Shown here one piece after another: positions 18,393-29,067 of a stretch of DNA of 64,000 bases. Within the stretch, counting starts at the first letter, position 1, and the number at the start of each line of letters is the position of its first letter. The position numbers and the translations under genes are program-made. The notes beneath the pieces are model-generated. The model had not been told where the DNA came from. It made no database searches and worked only from the letters and a program-made list of their open reading frames with translations. This DNA is from Longimicrobiales bacterium (GTDB lineage: Bacteria > Gemmatimonadota > Gemmatimonadetes > Longimicrobiales > Gaopeijiaceae), in assembly GCA_965248195.1 (NCBI GenBank), contig CBDFIQ010000002.1:256001-320000 (forward strand), given 5' to 3'.

Positions 18393-19628
18393 GTGGCCAC
18401 TGTCCACATCGCCATTCCGGTTCAGGACGAGCTCGAATGCCTTCCCGCCTGCCTCGACGCGCTTCGGCGACAGGAGGGCGTGCGATTTGTCACGTGGTTA
18501 TGCGTAAACCAACCGGAAGCGTGGCAACACGAGCCGGATCGACGCCCCGTGTGCGAAGCCAACCAGGCCTGTCTCCATCTGCTTGCCGGCGTCACGGACC
18601 TCGACCTCCGCATTATCGATCGCTCCTCACCGGGCCGGGGCTGGCTACCGAAGCGGAGCGGTGTTGGGCACGCGCGAAAGGAGTTGATGGATGCGATCTG
18701 TGCGGAGGCCGCCCCCCGGGATATCATCGTAAGCCTCGATGCTGACACGCTGACGCCCCCGGGTTATCTGCGGTCCCTTATCGTCTCCTTCAACCGGCAT
18801 CCGGCCGCCTGTGCCATCGCCGCGCGTTACTACCATCCACTCACCGACGACGGAGCCGTCACCCGCGCGATGCTGGGTTACGAAATCTACATGCGCTTCT
18901 ATGCGCTCAACCTCTGGCGAATCGGGTCTCCCTACTCCTTCACTGCGCTCGGCTCGGCAATTGCCGTGCCTGTTTCCGTCTACCGAAGAGTGGGCGGGCT
19001 GACGCCTCGAACCAGCGGTGAGGATTTCTACTTCCTGCAGAAACTGACCAAACATGGACGGGTACTCCATTGGACCGCCGCCCCGGTTGCCCCCGCGACC
19101 CGCAAGTCCTGGCGCGTTCCCGTCGGGACCGGTCAAGCCATCGTCGCCGCCTGCGAAGGCGAATACTCCGACCGCTATCCACTCTATGCTCCGGAACTCT
19201 TCGACCGGATCAGCCGCACCACCAGGGCCTTCCCCGAACTGTTCGCCGGACCGGTCGAAACGCCGCTTGACGAATTCCTGCGGAACAAGATCAGTACCGA
19301 CGCTCCATGGCAACCGCTGCGCGATAACCACACGACACTGGATCGATTTGTCCGCGCCTGCCACGAGCGGCTCGACGGACTCCGCATTCTGCAATACCTG
19401 AAGGCCGAGTATCGTGAAGCGCCGACCGACGACCGGGCCACGCTGATAGACTGGCTGGACCGGTACGGGTGCCAGTTTCCCGGAACCGAGACCGAAGCTT
19501 CGCGCGTGCGGGCCCTGCTTAACGAGCGCATGCTGGCCGATCTGAGCATTTCTGAACTCGACGCGATACGCCGGGTGCTTTTCCAAATGGAAGATCGCTA
19601 TCGTCGAGAGGACGACCTGGAGGGCTGA
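18393..19628 (+). CDS. glycosyltransferase family 2-like protein
   Basis: IAIPVQDE, VSLDAD, GG....SGEDFYFLQKL; GTG 18393 chosen after GAGG. Confidence 0.85.
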   Translation: MATVHIAIPVQDELECLPACLDALRRQEGVRFVTWLCVNQPEAWQHEPDRRPVCEANQACLHLLAGVTDLDLRIIDRSSPGRGWLPKRSGVGHARKELMDAICAEAAPRDIIVSLDADTLTPPGYLRSLIVSFNRHPAACAIAARYYHPLTDDGAVTRAMLGYEIYMRFYALNLWRIGSPYSFTALGSAIAVPVSVYRRVGGLTPRTSGEDFYFLQKLTKHGRVLHWTAAPVAPATRKSWRVPVGTGQAIVAACEGEYSDRYPLYAPELFDRISRTTRAFPELFAGPVETPLDEFLRNKISTDAPWQPLRDNHTTLDRFVRACHERLDGLRILQYLKAEYREAPTDDRATLIDWLDRYGCQFPGTETEASRVRALLNERMLADLSISELDAIRRVLFQMEDRYRREDDLEG

Positions 19629-19871
19629 GTCACCCATCCCGAGAAGGGTCATCGTGCCCAAGGGTCCTGCACGCGAGCTTCTCGTCGCATGACCCGCCTC
19701 GCTGAGCACTGGACAACCGGTGTCGCATGACCCATGAGACCCCAACTGGGACCCCAAACTCCCCGAAACTGGTCGAATCTCAGCAAAACTCTGGAGAACA
19801 ACCGACCCTCTAACCCCCTAACTCACAGTAACTTAGACGACCTCAATAGCACTCTGCGTATATGCTGCTAT

Positions 19872-19917
19872 CGGACTTTTAATCCGTAGGTCGTGGGTTC
19901 GAGACCCACCCGGCTCA
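19872..19917 (+). repeat. attR: 46-bp copy of the tRNA-Lys 3' part
   Basis: CGGACTTTTAATCCGTAGGTCGTGGGTTCGAGACCCACCCGGCTCA identical to 8908-8953. Confidence 0.95.
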
Positions 19918-20112
19918 TTGGCCGGAAGTCCAGTAGGTAGGCGGGCTTCCGGCTTTTTGGTGGCACGCCAGGCATGGCGCGACCCGCCGAAAGGCGGGAA
20001 GTAACCGTGTTGTTGGCGGCCACCCAATATTTCCCATATGTTGGAGTGAACCCTACAAAGTGGACACAGAGGGGGCGATGGATTGACCTTCCGTAATCAC
20101 TCGGGAGGTTCG

Positions 20113-20475
20113 ATGACGGTTCGACGACACACGAGGTACAGCACGGAGTTCAAGATCCAGCTGGTCCAGGCGTACTTGGATGGAGAAGGCAGTGCGAGGG
20201 CGATCGCTACTCGACACAGTGTACCTCACTCCCTACTCATGATCTGGGTCAAGAAGTACGGGGAAGGCGAACTTACGGAGGAGATCCACCTGCAGGAGCA
20301 AGTTGTCGAGGACCAGGCCAAGATCGCGGCACTCGAGCGCAAGATTGGTCAGTTGACGATGGAACTCGACGCCATGAAAAAAAGGGCTCTGATACAGCCG
20401 TCACAGAAAAGCGCGCGGCCGTCGATCATCTCCGGGCCAGGGGTGTCCCTGTCCGACGGGGATGCAGCCTCATGA
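20113..20475 (+). CDS. IS3 OrfA
   Basis: RYSTEFKIQLV..LERKIGQLTME; GGGAGG RBS. Confidence 0.9.
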   Translation: MTVRRHTRYSTEFKIQLVQAYLDGEGSARAIATRHSVPHSLLMIWVKKYGEGELTEEIHLQEQVVEDQAKIAALERKIGQLTMELDAMKKRALIQPSQKSARPSIISGPGVSLSDGDAAS

Positions 20476-21266
20476 ACATCCCGAGGAGTACCTTCTACAA
20501 GCGACCGGATGCGGCCTGCGAGACCGCTCGGGAGAGAGCGGACGGGGACCTGCGCGTGCGGATCGAAGACATTCTCGCCGAGTTCCCCGCCTACGGATAT
20601 CGCCGGGTCACGCACGAACTCGGGAGACGCGGCCTGGTGGTCAATCACAAGCGAGTCTCTAGGATTATGCGTGAACACGCGCTTACGCCCCACCGCGTAC
20701 GCGCATGGCTTGCTACGACGAACAGCAATCACAAGCAGCGCATCTACCCGAACCTGAGGTCGTCGATCACGCCCGAGGGGCCTGACGAGCTCTGGGTGGC
20801 CGATCTGACGTACATCCGGCTCACGACCGGCTTTGTTTTCCTAGCCGTCGTGCTCGACGTGTGGTCGCGGCGTGTCATTGGCTACGCCATCAGCCATCTC
20901 CTGGACGTGCGTCTTTGCCTGGCCGCACTCGATGCCGCACTCGAACTTCGGCAGCCGCGGTCTGGCCTCATCCACCACTCCGATCGCGGCGTCCAGTATG
21001 CATCCCAATTGTACCGTTCACGTCTCGCCGAACACGGTGTCCGAGGATCGATGTCCCGGCGGGGCAACCCGTACGACAACGCCCATGTTGAGAGCTTTTT
21101 CAAAACCCTGAAGCACGAGGAGATCTTGGCAAACGACTACAGCACAATTGATGACGTAGCCAACCGACTCCCCCACTTCCTTGAGGAGGTGTACAATCGA
21201 AGACGCTTGCACTCCTCGCTCGGTTACATGCCACCTGAGGAATTCGAGAGCATTCATGCAGCTTGA
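20472..21266 (+). CDS. IS3 OrfB transposase, probably expressed as OrfAB by -1 frameshift
   Basis: YGYRRV, WVADLTYI, HHSDRGVQY, GNPYDNAHVESFFKTLK, YN.RRLHSSLGY. Confidence 0.94.
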   Translation: MNIPRSTFYKRPDAACETARERADGDLRVRIEDILAEFPAYGYRRVTHELGRRGLVVNHKRVSRIMREHALTPHRVRAWLATTNSNHKQRIYPNLRSSITPEGPDELWVADLTYIRLTTGFVFLAVVLDVWSRRVIGYAISHLLDVRLCLAALDAALELRQPRSGLIHHSDRGVQYASQLYRSRLAEHGVRGSMSRRGNPYDNAHVESFFKTLKHEEILANDYSTIDDVANRLPHFLEEVYNRRRLHSSLGYMPPEEFESIHAA

Positions 21267-21367
21267 AGCCACTGACTGGTCAATCCAACCAACTCTCGTT
21301 GTCCACCCTCAGGGGTTCACTCCATGTGGCCATCGAAAATTGCACACTTGGCGGAGGTGACGAGCCT

Positions 21368-22210
21368 CTAGTTCGTCGTTTTCTCCTTTGCTCTTGCTCT
21401 CTTTCTCTTCGGGGGTGAAGGGCTCGACTCCGCAGGAGGCGAGTGGAGGATCTTGGAGAGGTCGGTGTGCTTGCGCATCCGGTAGCTGCTGCCGCGGATG
21501 TTGACGATATGGCAGTGATGCAGCAGGCGATCGATGAGCGCAGCGGCCATGACCTCGTCGCCCAAGATGTGGCCCCACTCCTCGAAGCCTTTGTTGGAGG
21601 TCAGCACAGTGGATGCGCGCTCATAGCGCCGGTTGATGAGTTGGAAGAAGAGCATGGCGCCGGTCTGGCTGACCGGCAGGTAGCCGATCTCGTCGATGAC
21701 CAGGAGCGAAGGATAGGTGAGGATCTTGAGGCGGCGTCCCAGCTGGCCGGTGGTCTTGGCTTCTTCGAGCGAGGTGATGAGGTCGGCCAGAGCGCCGTAG
21801 TAGACTCTGCGCCCGCTCTGAGCCGCGGCAATGGCGAGGCTGATCGCGAGATGCGTCTTGCCGACGCCCGGAGGGCCGAGGAAGATCACGTTCTCCTTAC
21901 GCTCCAAGAAGCCGAGCTCGTGCAGCGAGTCGATCTGCTCGCGCTTGATCGAGGGCTGGAAGCTGAAGTCGAAGTCGTCGAGGGTCTTGATGCCCGGTAG
22001 CCGGCTCGAGCGCATCGCAGCCTGAAGGCGGCGGTTGTTGCGCAGCGTGATCTGGGCACCGAGGAGTTGCTCGATGGCCTCCGAGGCCGTCACGCCTCCG
22101 CCATCGACCCCGGTGAGGACGTCGTCGATGGCCTCCAGCGCACCGGGCATCTTGAGATCGGCGAGCTGGGCTCGGATCCGGTCACGGCGAGAGCGAGCGG
22201 CAGCCTTCAT
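21368..22210 (-). CDS. istB: IS21 helper ATPase IstB
   Basis: FDFSFQP, GPPGVGKTHLA, LLVIDEIGY, TSN, DRLLHH, G.SYR. Confidence 0.96.
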   Translation of the reverse strand: MKAAARSRRDRIRAQLADLKMPGALEAIDDVLTGVDGGGVTASEAIEQLLGAQITLRNNRRLQAAMRSSRLPGIKTLDDFDFSFQPSIKREQIDSLHELGFLERKENVIFLGPPGVGKTHLAISLAIAAAQSGRRVYYGALADLITSLEEAKTTGQLGRRLKILTYPSLLVIDEIGYLPVSQTGAMLFFQLINRRYERASTVLTSNKGFEEWGHILGDEVMAAALIDRLLHHCHIVNIRGSSYRMRKHTDLSKILHSPPAESSPSPPKRKRARAKEKTTN

Positions 22211-23236
22211 CGGTCCCCTCCCGCGATCTGGGCATAGGCCGTGAGGGGACGTCGCTCGACGTGGATGGCCGGCAAGGACGTCGTGCCGGGTGAGGAGCGA
22301 TCCGGAGGCAGGACGAGGGGGTGATACGGGCGAGTCGCCAAGGGCTCGAGGAGCAGTCGTTCACGCTCGAAGCGATCGAGGGGCCGCTCCTTCAGCGTTG
22401 CGTGGCTGCGCACATTGGCTTCCGTCTCAAGCCAATGAAGGGCCTGCGCGTTGAGATCGTCGTCCGACGTGAAGGTGCGCCCGTAGAAGAAGCTCTCCCT
22501 GAGGTAGCGGATCGGCCGCTCCACCTTGCCCTTGCTCTGAGCCCGATAGGGTCGGCACGCTCGGATCCTGAAGTTCCAGTGGTAGGCGTAGCGCATGAAC
22601 TCCGGGTTCTCGACGAGGGCACCATCGTCGTATCGACCGTCCTCGATGACGACCGCCTTCATTGGGTCGAACAGAAGCTCACGGGGCACGCCGCCGAAGT
22701 AGGAAAACGAAGACTCCAGGCCATGCATCAGGGCCTTCATGGTCTGCCGGGTGTAGAACTGAACCCACAGCAGCCTCGAGTAGCCCAGCACGACGATTAG
22801 TGCGTAACGCTTGCCCCACGGTAGCCGGAAGTGGGCGAAGTCCACCTGGCCCTGACGCCCAGGCGCCGTCTCGAAGCGCACGACCGGCTCCTCTGGGGGT
22901 CGAGGCCGGACCTTGCGTACATAGCGCTTCACTTTGGTTGTAACTGCCCGGGTAGCCAGCGGCCCGGACCTCCTTGAAGAGCCGTACAGCCGTGAGCTTC
23001 GGGTACTCCTTGAGACGCGTGTCGATCAACGGCTTGTACGGATCCAGCTTCGACGGCATCAGACATCTCGGACCGTACCCGACACGCTCTTCGTCCAACT
23101 CCCGGTCCAGTTGACCGGTCTCTATCCAGTGGTACACGGTACGGCGACTGACCCCCAGATCCCGGGCGATCACCGCCTTGTTCATCCCCTGCTCGAGGTA
23201 ATGACGGAGCAGCACGCGCTTCTCCCTTCCGATCAT
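22207..23236 (-). pseudogene. istA: IS21 transposase IstA, frameshifted near 22935
   Basis: HTH N-terminus (IARDLGVSRRTV, SKLDPYK) and catalytic part (RFETAPG.QGQVDF, R.QSKGKVER) lie in different frames. Confidence 0.9.
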
Positions 23237-23367
23237 TGCACCTCCACGTTCGCGGTGGAGGCGCCAAGTGAATGGATCGGCCGGAAGATCGCTCGGGGTG
23301 GTGCCTACATCCCCACTCTCCCGCCCGCTAGGTCAAAGCGCCAAGTGTGCAATTTTCGATGGCCACA

Positions 23368-26220
23368 TGGAGTGAACCCCTGAGGGTGGACAACGAGAGT
23401 TGGTTGGATTGACCAGTCAGTGGCTTCAAGCTGCATGAATGCTCTCGAATTCCTCAGGTGGCATGTAACCGAGCGAGGAGTGCAAGCGTCTTCGATTGTA
23501 CACCTCCTCAAGGAAGTGGGGGAGTCGGTTGGCTACGCGGAACCTGTCAACGACAATGGGACACTCTACGGGATTAATTAGAGAGCAATATCCTGTGTGG
23601 TGAGGGAAGGGATGGGAGGATTGATGTAGACGGCCTCCGGGAGCGGTTTGGGCTTCGGCACACCTGTGACGAAGCGTTCGGGATGAGCGGCCCATGCTTC
23701 GCGGAGCACGGATTTCCTGCCGGCAATGACCTGATCGGCGTTCCCGAAGTGGACCTGCTCGGGGGTTAGCATCGAGATACCGCCATGGCGGTGCTCGGCA
23801 TTGTACCAGCGGAAGAACGATCGACACAACGTCTTGGCCTGGCCCTGATCCCCGAACCGCCCGGGAAACGAGGGATGGTACTTCAAGGTTTTGAACTGAG
23901 CCTCGGAAAACGGGTTGTCATCCGACACCTGAGGCCGGCTCAACGAGCGAGTCACGCCGAGGTCAGCGAGAAGTTGAGCGGTGCATTGGCTCGTCATTGG
24001 AGCTCCCCGATCCGAGTGCAGGGTCAGGACCCGGGGCTGGACGCCATGCTTCAGGCAGCTCTGCTGGATCAACCGGCCGGCCAGGGCCGAGTTCTCCCGG
24101 TCCGCCACCATCCAGCCCACGACGTAGCGGCTGTAGATGTCCATGATGACGTAGAGGTAGTAATAGCTCCACTTCTTCGGCCCGAGTAGCCGCGTGATAT
24201 CCCAGGACCACACCTGGTTCGGCGCCGTGGCCATCAACTCGGGCTTCTTGTACTCGGGATGGGTGCGCTGCGCCCGGCGTTCCTGAACCGGCACCTCGGA
24301 GGCCAGAACACGATACATCGTGCGTTCGCTGCACAGGTAGACCTCTTCGTCGAGCAGCGTGGCCACCACCTCGGCGGGTGAGCGGTCCACGAACCGCTCC
24401 GAACACAGCGTGTCGAAGACCTCGCCTCGTTCCGTCTCGCTCAATGCCCGGGCGGGCGTCGGGCGGGGCTGCCGTTGCCCGGTCGATGGGCCTCGACGAC
24501 GGTAGAACGTCGATCGGGAGACCTCGAGAGCCGCGCACGCCGGTTTTACACCGACGTGCTTAGCCAGCTCATCGGCCGCCTTCAAGAGTTCGTCCCGTCG
24601 TCGAGGCTTATCCCCAGCAGCCCCGCAACTTTTCCCTGCACGTCGATGATCAGGTGTGCCTTCCTGAGCTCATTCTCGAGCCGTGCGTTTTGCCGCTCCA
24701 GCTTGCGTACCTTCTCATCCAGCGGATTCCGCTCCGGCTTGCGGCCGCGTTTCTTCGACAGGGCCTTCAGCGACCCGCTATGCGCCGCCTTGCGCCACGT
24801 CGTCAGGTGCGACGAGTACAGGCCCTCGCGCCGCAGGAGCTGACCCACCTCGCCGGGCTCGGTGCACCGGTCCGCTTCTTCGACGATCCGCAGCTTGTAC
24901 GATGGACTGAACCGCCGGCGTAGCGGCCTATCTACTACCTCCGGGTCCGCAGGAGCTGCCGCGCTTCGCTTGGCCTCCCCGATTCCAGGGGCACTACCAT
25001 TCTCTTCCATTCTCTCTCGCAGTCCCAACATGTTCGTTTTCTCTGCCTTCGCCCTACTCTAATTCTTTGCGTGCTCCGTGTCTCACGTACGTTGGCAGAG
25101 AGGGACGTCATCAATTGTGCTGTAGTCGTTTGCCAAGATCTCCTCGTGCTTCAGGGTTTTGAAAAAGCTCTCAACATGGGCGTTGTCGTACGGGTTGCCC
25201 CGCCGGGACATCGATCCTCGGACACCGTGTTCGGCGAGACGTGAACGGTACAATTGGGATGCATACTGGACGCCGCGATCGGAGTGGTGGATGAGGCCAG
25301 ACCGCGGCTGCCGAAGTTCGAGTGCGGCATCGACTGCGGCCAGGCAAAGACGCACGTCCAGGAGATGGCTGATGGCGTAGCCAATGACACGCCGCGACCA
25401 CACGTCGAGCACGACGGCTAGGAAAACAAAGCCGGTCGTGAGCCGGATGTACGTCAGATCGGCCACCCAGAGCTCGTCAGGCCCCTCGGGCGTGATCGAC
25501 GACCTCAGGTTCGGGTAGATGCGCTGCTTGTGATTGCTGTTCGTCGTAGCAAGCCATGCGCGTACGCGGTGGGGCGTAAGCGCGTGTTCACGCATAATCC
25601 TAGAGACTCGCTTGTGATTGACCACCAGGCCGCGTCTCCCGAGTTCGTGCGTGACCCGGCGATATCCGTAGGCGGGGAACTCGGCGAGAATGTCTTCGAT
25701 CCGCACGCGCAGGTCCCCGTCCGCTCTCTCCCGAGCGGTCTCGCAGGCCGCATCCGGTCGCTTGTAGAAGGTACTCCTCGGGATGTTCATGAGGCTGCAT
25801 CCCCGTCGGACAGGGACACCCCTGGCCCGGAGATGATCGACGGCCGCGCGCTTTTCTGTGACGGCTGTATCAGAGCCCTTTTTTTCATGGCGTCGAGTTC
25901 CATCGTCAACTGACCAATCTTGCGCTCGAGTGCCGCGATCTTGGCCTGGTCCTCGACAACTTGCTCCTGCAGGTGGATCTCCTCCGTAAGTTCGCCTTCC
26001 CCGTACTTCTTGACCCAGATCATGAGTAGGGAGTGAGGTACACTGTGTCGAGTAGCGATCGCCCTCGCACTGCCTTCTCCATCCAAGTACGCCTGGACCA
26101 GCTGGATCTTGAACTCCGTGCTGTACCTCGTGTGTCGTCGAACCGTCATCGAACCTCCCGAGTGATTACGGAAGGTCAATCCATCGCCCCCTCTGTGTCC
26201 ACTTTGTAGGGTTCACTCCA
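23368..26220 (-). mobile_element. IS3-family element, copy B (inverted), orfB disrupted by a nested IS
   Basis: Same IRs and ORFs as copy A (orfA 25787-26149); 3-bp TSD ACA; at least one substitution (LAALD vs LAAVD). Confidence 0.95.
23538..25104 (-). mobile_element. IS3-family-like element, copy 2, nested in IS3 copy B
   Basis: Same ORFs as 11799-13365 (orfB 23578-24585, orfA 24582-25010); AC(G) target duplication deduced from intact copy A. Confidence 0.95.
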
Positions 26221-26319
26221 ACATGTGTGCAATATTGGAAGGCCGCTAACACCCGGCCACGACCTCCGTCCTGGCGTAGGGCGGGGAAGGACCTTTAACC
26301 GAGGGGAATTGAGCGCGGA

Positions 26320-27515
26320 ATGAAGGTGAGGATCGTCAAAAAGCTCCCAGTTCTGGTCTTGATCATGGCGCCTCTGGGCCTTGAGGGGCAAGAGTTCTCG
26401 GGACCCGTCCTCCCAGTCGGCCAATTCCGGGTCGAGATCAATTCACTCTTCCATTTTGTGGACGAGCGTTTCGGCTCGCGTATGGAGGGCGGATCGCTCA
26501 TCGAGGAGGACGAACCGCTCGGGTTCGACTTTACGGACACGGCAGTCGGCACGCGCCTGTTTCCGGCTCTCGAAGATCTGGAGGCCGACCTGACAGCCGC
26601 GGCGGGTACCGCCATCACGCCATTGGTGCTCGGACGAACTCGGGCCGTTTTGACGAGGGACGCGGTCTGGCTCCCGATCCGGCTGGACGTGGGCGTGCTC
26701 GACTAGTTCACCGTTGGAACCACGGTTCCGTTTTCGCGACGCCGCGCGGAGTTCGCGACCTCCATCCAGACAGACGGAGCCGACGTGGGCGTCCCGCCGG
26801 GCACGGCCGGCGACTTCCTTGGAGAGGTCTCTGCGGCCAACGGCGCTCTTACCCTCGTAGTCACAACCTTATGCACAGCGGACCCATCGAGTCCGGAGTG
26901 CTCCCAAGCCACGAGCCTTTTGGCTGAGGGCGAGAATTTCTACGGGGCCTTGACTGATGCGTACGGGGATTACGGGGTGTTCCCGCTCGAGGGCTCCGGT
27001 ACGGGAGACGCTCTCCAGTCCCGTACGACAAACCTCCTGAACGCCTATCAGGCAGTCGGCGTCCCGCTTTTCCCGACGACCATCCCGTTGGCCACTCAAG
27101 TGCTGACCGAGGCGACATACCTGGACCTGGTGTCGAATCCCGCGTTCCGAATAAAGGGTGATTCCCTTAAGACGTGGAGGAGCCCTTGGGAGCTAGGGGA
27201 CGTGGAAATCCATGCCTACGCCCGCCTGTGGGGGATCGGCCAAGAGACCCCTCCAAACGAGCCGCAGCCCACCATTCGCGTGGAGATCGGCGCGGGTGCG
27301 CTCTTTCGAATCGGCTCGGGGCGAACGGACTCCCCGCGGAACTTCATCGACACCGGAGTGGAGATGGCCAGAACGACATCGAGTTGAGCGTGTTCGGAAC
27401 GCTGCACGTTGGAAACTTCCTCGGTATCGTGGGAGAGTTTCGGTATGGGATCCAGCAACCGGTCCAGGTTCTCAGACGGATCACGCCTCCCGATCGGATT
27501 TTCGCCCCACTCGAC
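26320..27515 (+). pseudogene. degraded secreted or outer-membrane hypothetical protein
   Basis: Signal-like N-terminus; in-frame TAG at 26704-26706; frameshift near 27360; truncated by phage-like DNA near 27515. Confidence 0.65.
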
Positions 27516-27575
27516 CCAACCGAACAAGAGCCCGGCTCGGCAGACCACGCTCTCACTCTAGTAGGAGGCACGGCC

Positions 27576-28040
27576 ATGCAGTTCAGCACGATCAAGCGGC
27601 ACAACGGGAAGGTTCATCTCAGTTGGGAGCTCACGAGCCACGGCCAGAACGACATCGCTCAGGCCACGCTCACATCCGAGGACGAGCCGCTCTCCGAATT
27701 CATCGAGGCGCTCGATGCGTTTAAGGACGACGTGCTCTGCCTGTTGGAGTTGCCGAAGAAGTATGAGGATGGCCTCGAGGTCACGAAGCTCGCGATCAAC
27801 CGCGAGGCCGACGACGGACGCATCGGGTTGGTGATCACCGCAGTCAAGTCGCTCGGCTGCGGATCACTGGTCCTGAACACGCCGCACCTCCATGAGCGCA
27901 CCGAAGAAGGCGATCCCGGAGAGGGACACCTCACGTCCGTACAGTTCGACCGGATCCATGCGATCGAGGAAGCTGCCGAGAAGTTCGTCAACGGGCAGCG
28001 CCAGCAGGTCGACATGTTCGACCAGGACGAGGCGGCCTGA
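27576..28040 (+). CDS. phage-like hypothetical protein
   Basis: AGGAGG RBS before ATG 27576; 154 aa. Confidence 0.75.
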   Translation: MQFSTIKRHNGKVHLSWELTSHGQNDIAQATLTSEDEPLSEFIEALDAFKDDVLCLLELPKKYEDGLEVTKLAINREADDGRIGLVITAVKSLGCGSLVLNTPHLHERTEEGDPGEGHLTSVQFDRIHAIEEAAEKFVNGQRQQVDMFDQDEAA

Positions 28041-28168
28041 GGCCATGAGCAAGGCGAGCGAGAGGAGGTCGCTGCGCGTGGGCGGCCCTGGGGCCGTGGC
28101 GGAGAACATAGACAGATGAATGGGCTCGGGCTCGCAGGTGGGGGCGGACTGCACACAAGGAAGGTGCA

Positions 28169-28828
28169 ATGATGACAGAGACACGTAGCGAGCCGTGGTT
28201 CTGGCGGAGCGCGGAAGACTTCGGGCGCCTGAGGCTGGAAAATGGATCGCACGAGAGCCCGGATGAAGGCGTGTGCCTCATGGAGGCCGTCGCATGGCTG
28301 GCGCGCGAGCCGCACGGCGATGAACCGAAATGCGTCTGCCCGGTGCTCGGCGCGTTCGGGCGCGGACTCAACGACCGTCTGGACGTCGAGCGGCGGCAAC
28401 GGCTGAAGCCACTCATTCCGGTGCTCGTCGGCACGGCGAGCGATGGCCACGCCGAGGCTCGCGGCTTCATGGCGATGGATTGGATCGTCCGTACCTATAC
28501 GCCCGCATGGCTTCGGCTGGCTCGGCTGGACACGGAGGCCGACGGCCTGCAGGCGCTCCCCGAGATCGCGGACGCAGCTACGCTCAGGGGTGCGCAGGAG
28601 ATGTTGGATGCCGCCCGCAAGTCGGCGGCCGCTGCCGGGGACGCTGCCTGGGACGCTGCCGGGGACGCTGCCGGGGACGCTGCCTGGGACATGCTGGAGC
28701 GCACCAAGCTCGCGTTGCAAGACAGCGCGGTCCTTCTGTTCCGGCGGATGATGGAGCTGGGCGCGGAGGAGCGGATCGTGCGCCCGGCTCCCTGGGCTAC
28801 TGAAGCCGTAAGAGGCGTGGTGAGGTGA
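28169..28828 (+). CDS. phage-like hypothetical protein with DAA[W/G] repeats
   Basis: GSH..C.MEAVAW...H.D.P.CVCPVL..LND motif, 12-bp repeats at about 28638-28690, GGAAGG RBS. Confidence 0.75.
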   Translation: MMTETRSEPWFWRSAEDFGRLRLENGSHESPDEGVCLMEAVAWLAREPHGDEPKCVCPVLGAFGRGLNDRLDVERRQRLKPLIPVLVGTASDGHAEARGFMAMDWIVRTYTPAWLRLARLDTEADGLQALPEIADAATLRGAQEMLDAARKSAAAAGDAAWDAAGDAAGDAAWDMLERTKLALQDSAVLLFRRMMELGAEERIVRPAPWATEAVRGVVR

Positions 28829-29067
28829 GCAGAACGAAAACCCCGGAGCAGTACGATGCGGAGTACAACTGGCTCAGCACGGAACAGGCCGCCAAGCGCA
28901 TTGGGATGTCCACCGGCTTCGTCCTCAAGATGATCCACGAAGGCCACCTGAAGCCCCCCGGGGTCCTAAACGTGTCGCGCTCTGGCAAGGCACACTACCG
29001 AATCTCGCCGAAGGCTGTCGATCGCTTCGTCCAAGAGTGTGAGGAGCTCGTGGGCAGTGAGTCCTAG
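28825..29067 (+). CDS. excisionase-like HTH protein
   Basis: WLSTEQAAKRIGMS..V...I..G.L..YRI; overlaps the integrase start. Confidence 0.85.
   Translation: MSRTKTPEQYDAEYNWLSTEQAAKRIGMSTGFVLKMIHEGHLKPPGVLNVSRSGKAHYRISPKAVDRFVQECEELVGSES

Larger units (their letters stand above)
20042..21324 (+). mobile_element. IS3-family element, copy A (1283 bp)
   Basis: TGGAGTGAACCC..GGGTTCACTCCA IRs; 3-bp TSD TGT; orfA/orfB with an A7G slippery motif at 20377-20384. Confidence 0.95.
20011..26251 (-). mobile_element. IS21-family element with both terminal repeats interrupted by IS3 copies
   Basis: Outer ends TGTTGGCGGCCACCCAATATT.. and (reverse complement) TGTTAGCGGCCTTCCAATATT..; inner repeats TGTGGCCATCGAAAATTGCACACTTGGCG at 21325 and 23367; istA/istB inside; no TSD visible. 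Confidence 0.88.

Noticed and set aside
26704..26706. In-frame TAG as pyrrolysine or read-through
   Set aside because: More simply a TGG to TAG mutation; the same gene also has a frameshift and is truncated, and no pyl genes are seen.
27174..28040. 288-aa ORF as a single gene
   Set aside because: Chance fusion of the pseudogene tail with a phage ORF that has its own AGGAGG and ATG at 27576.
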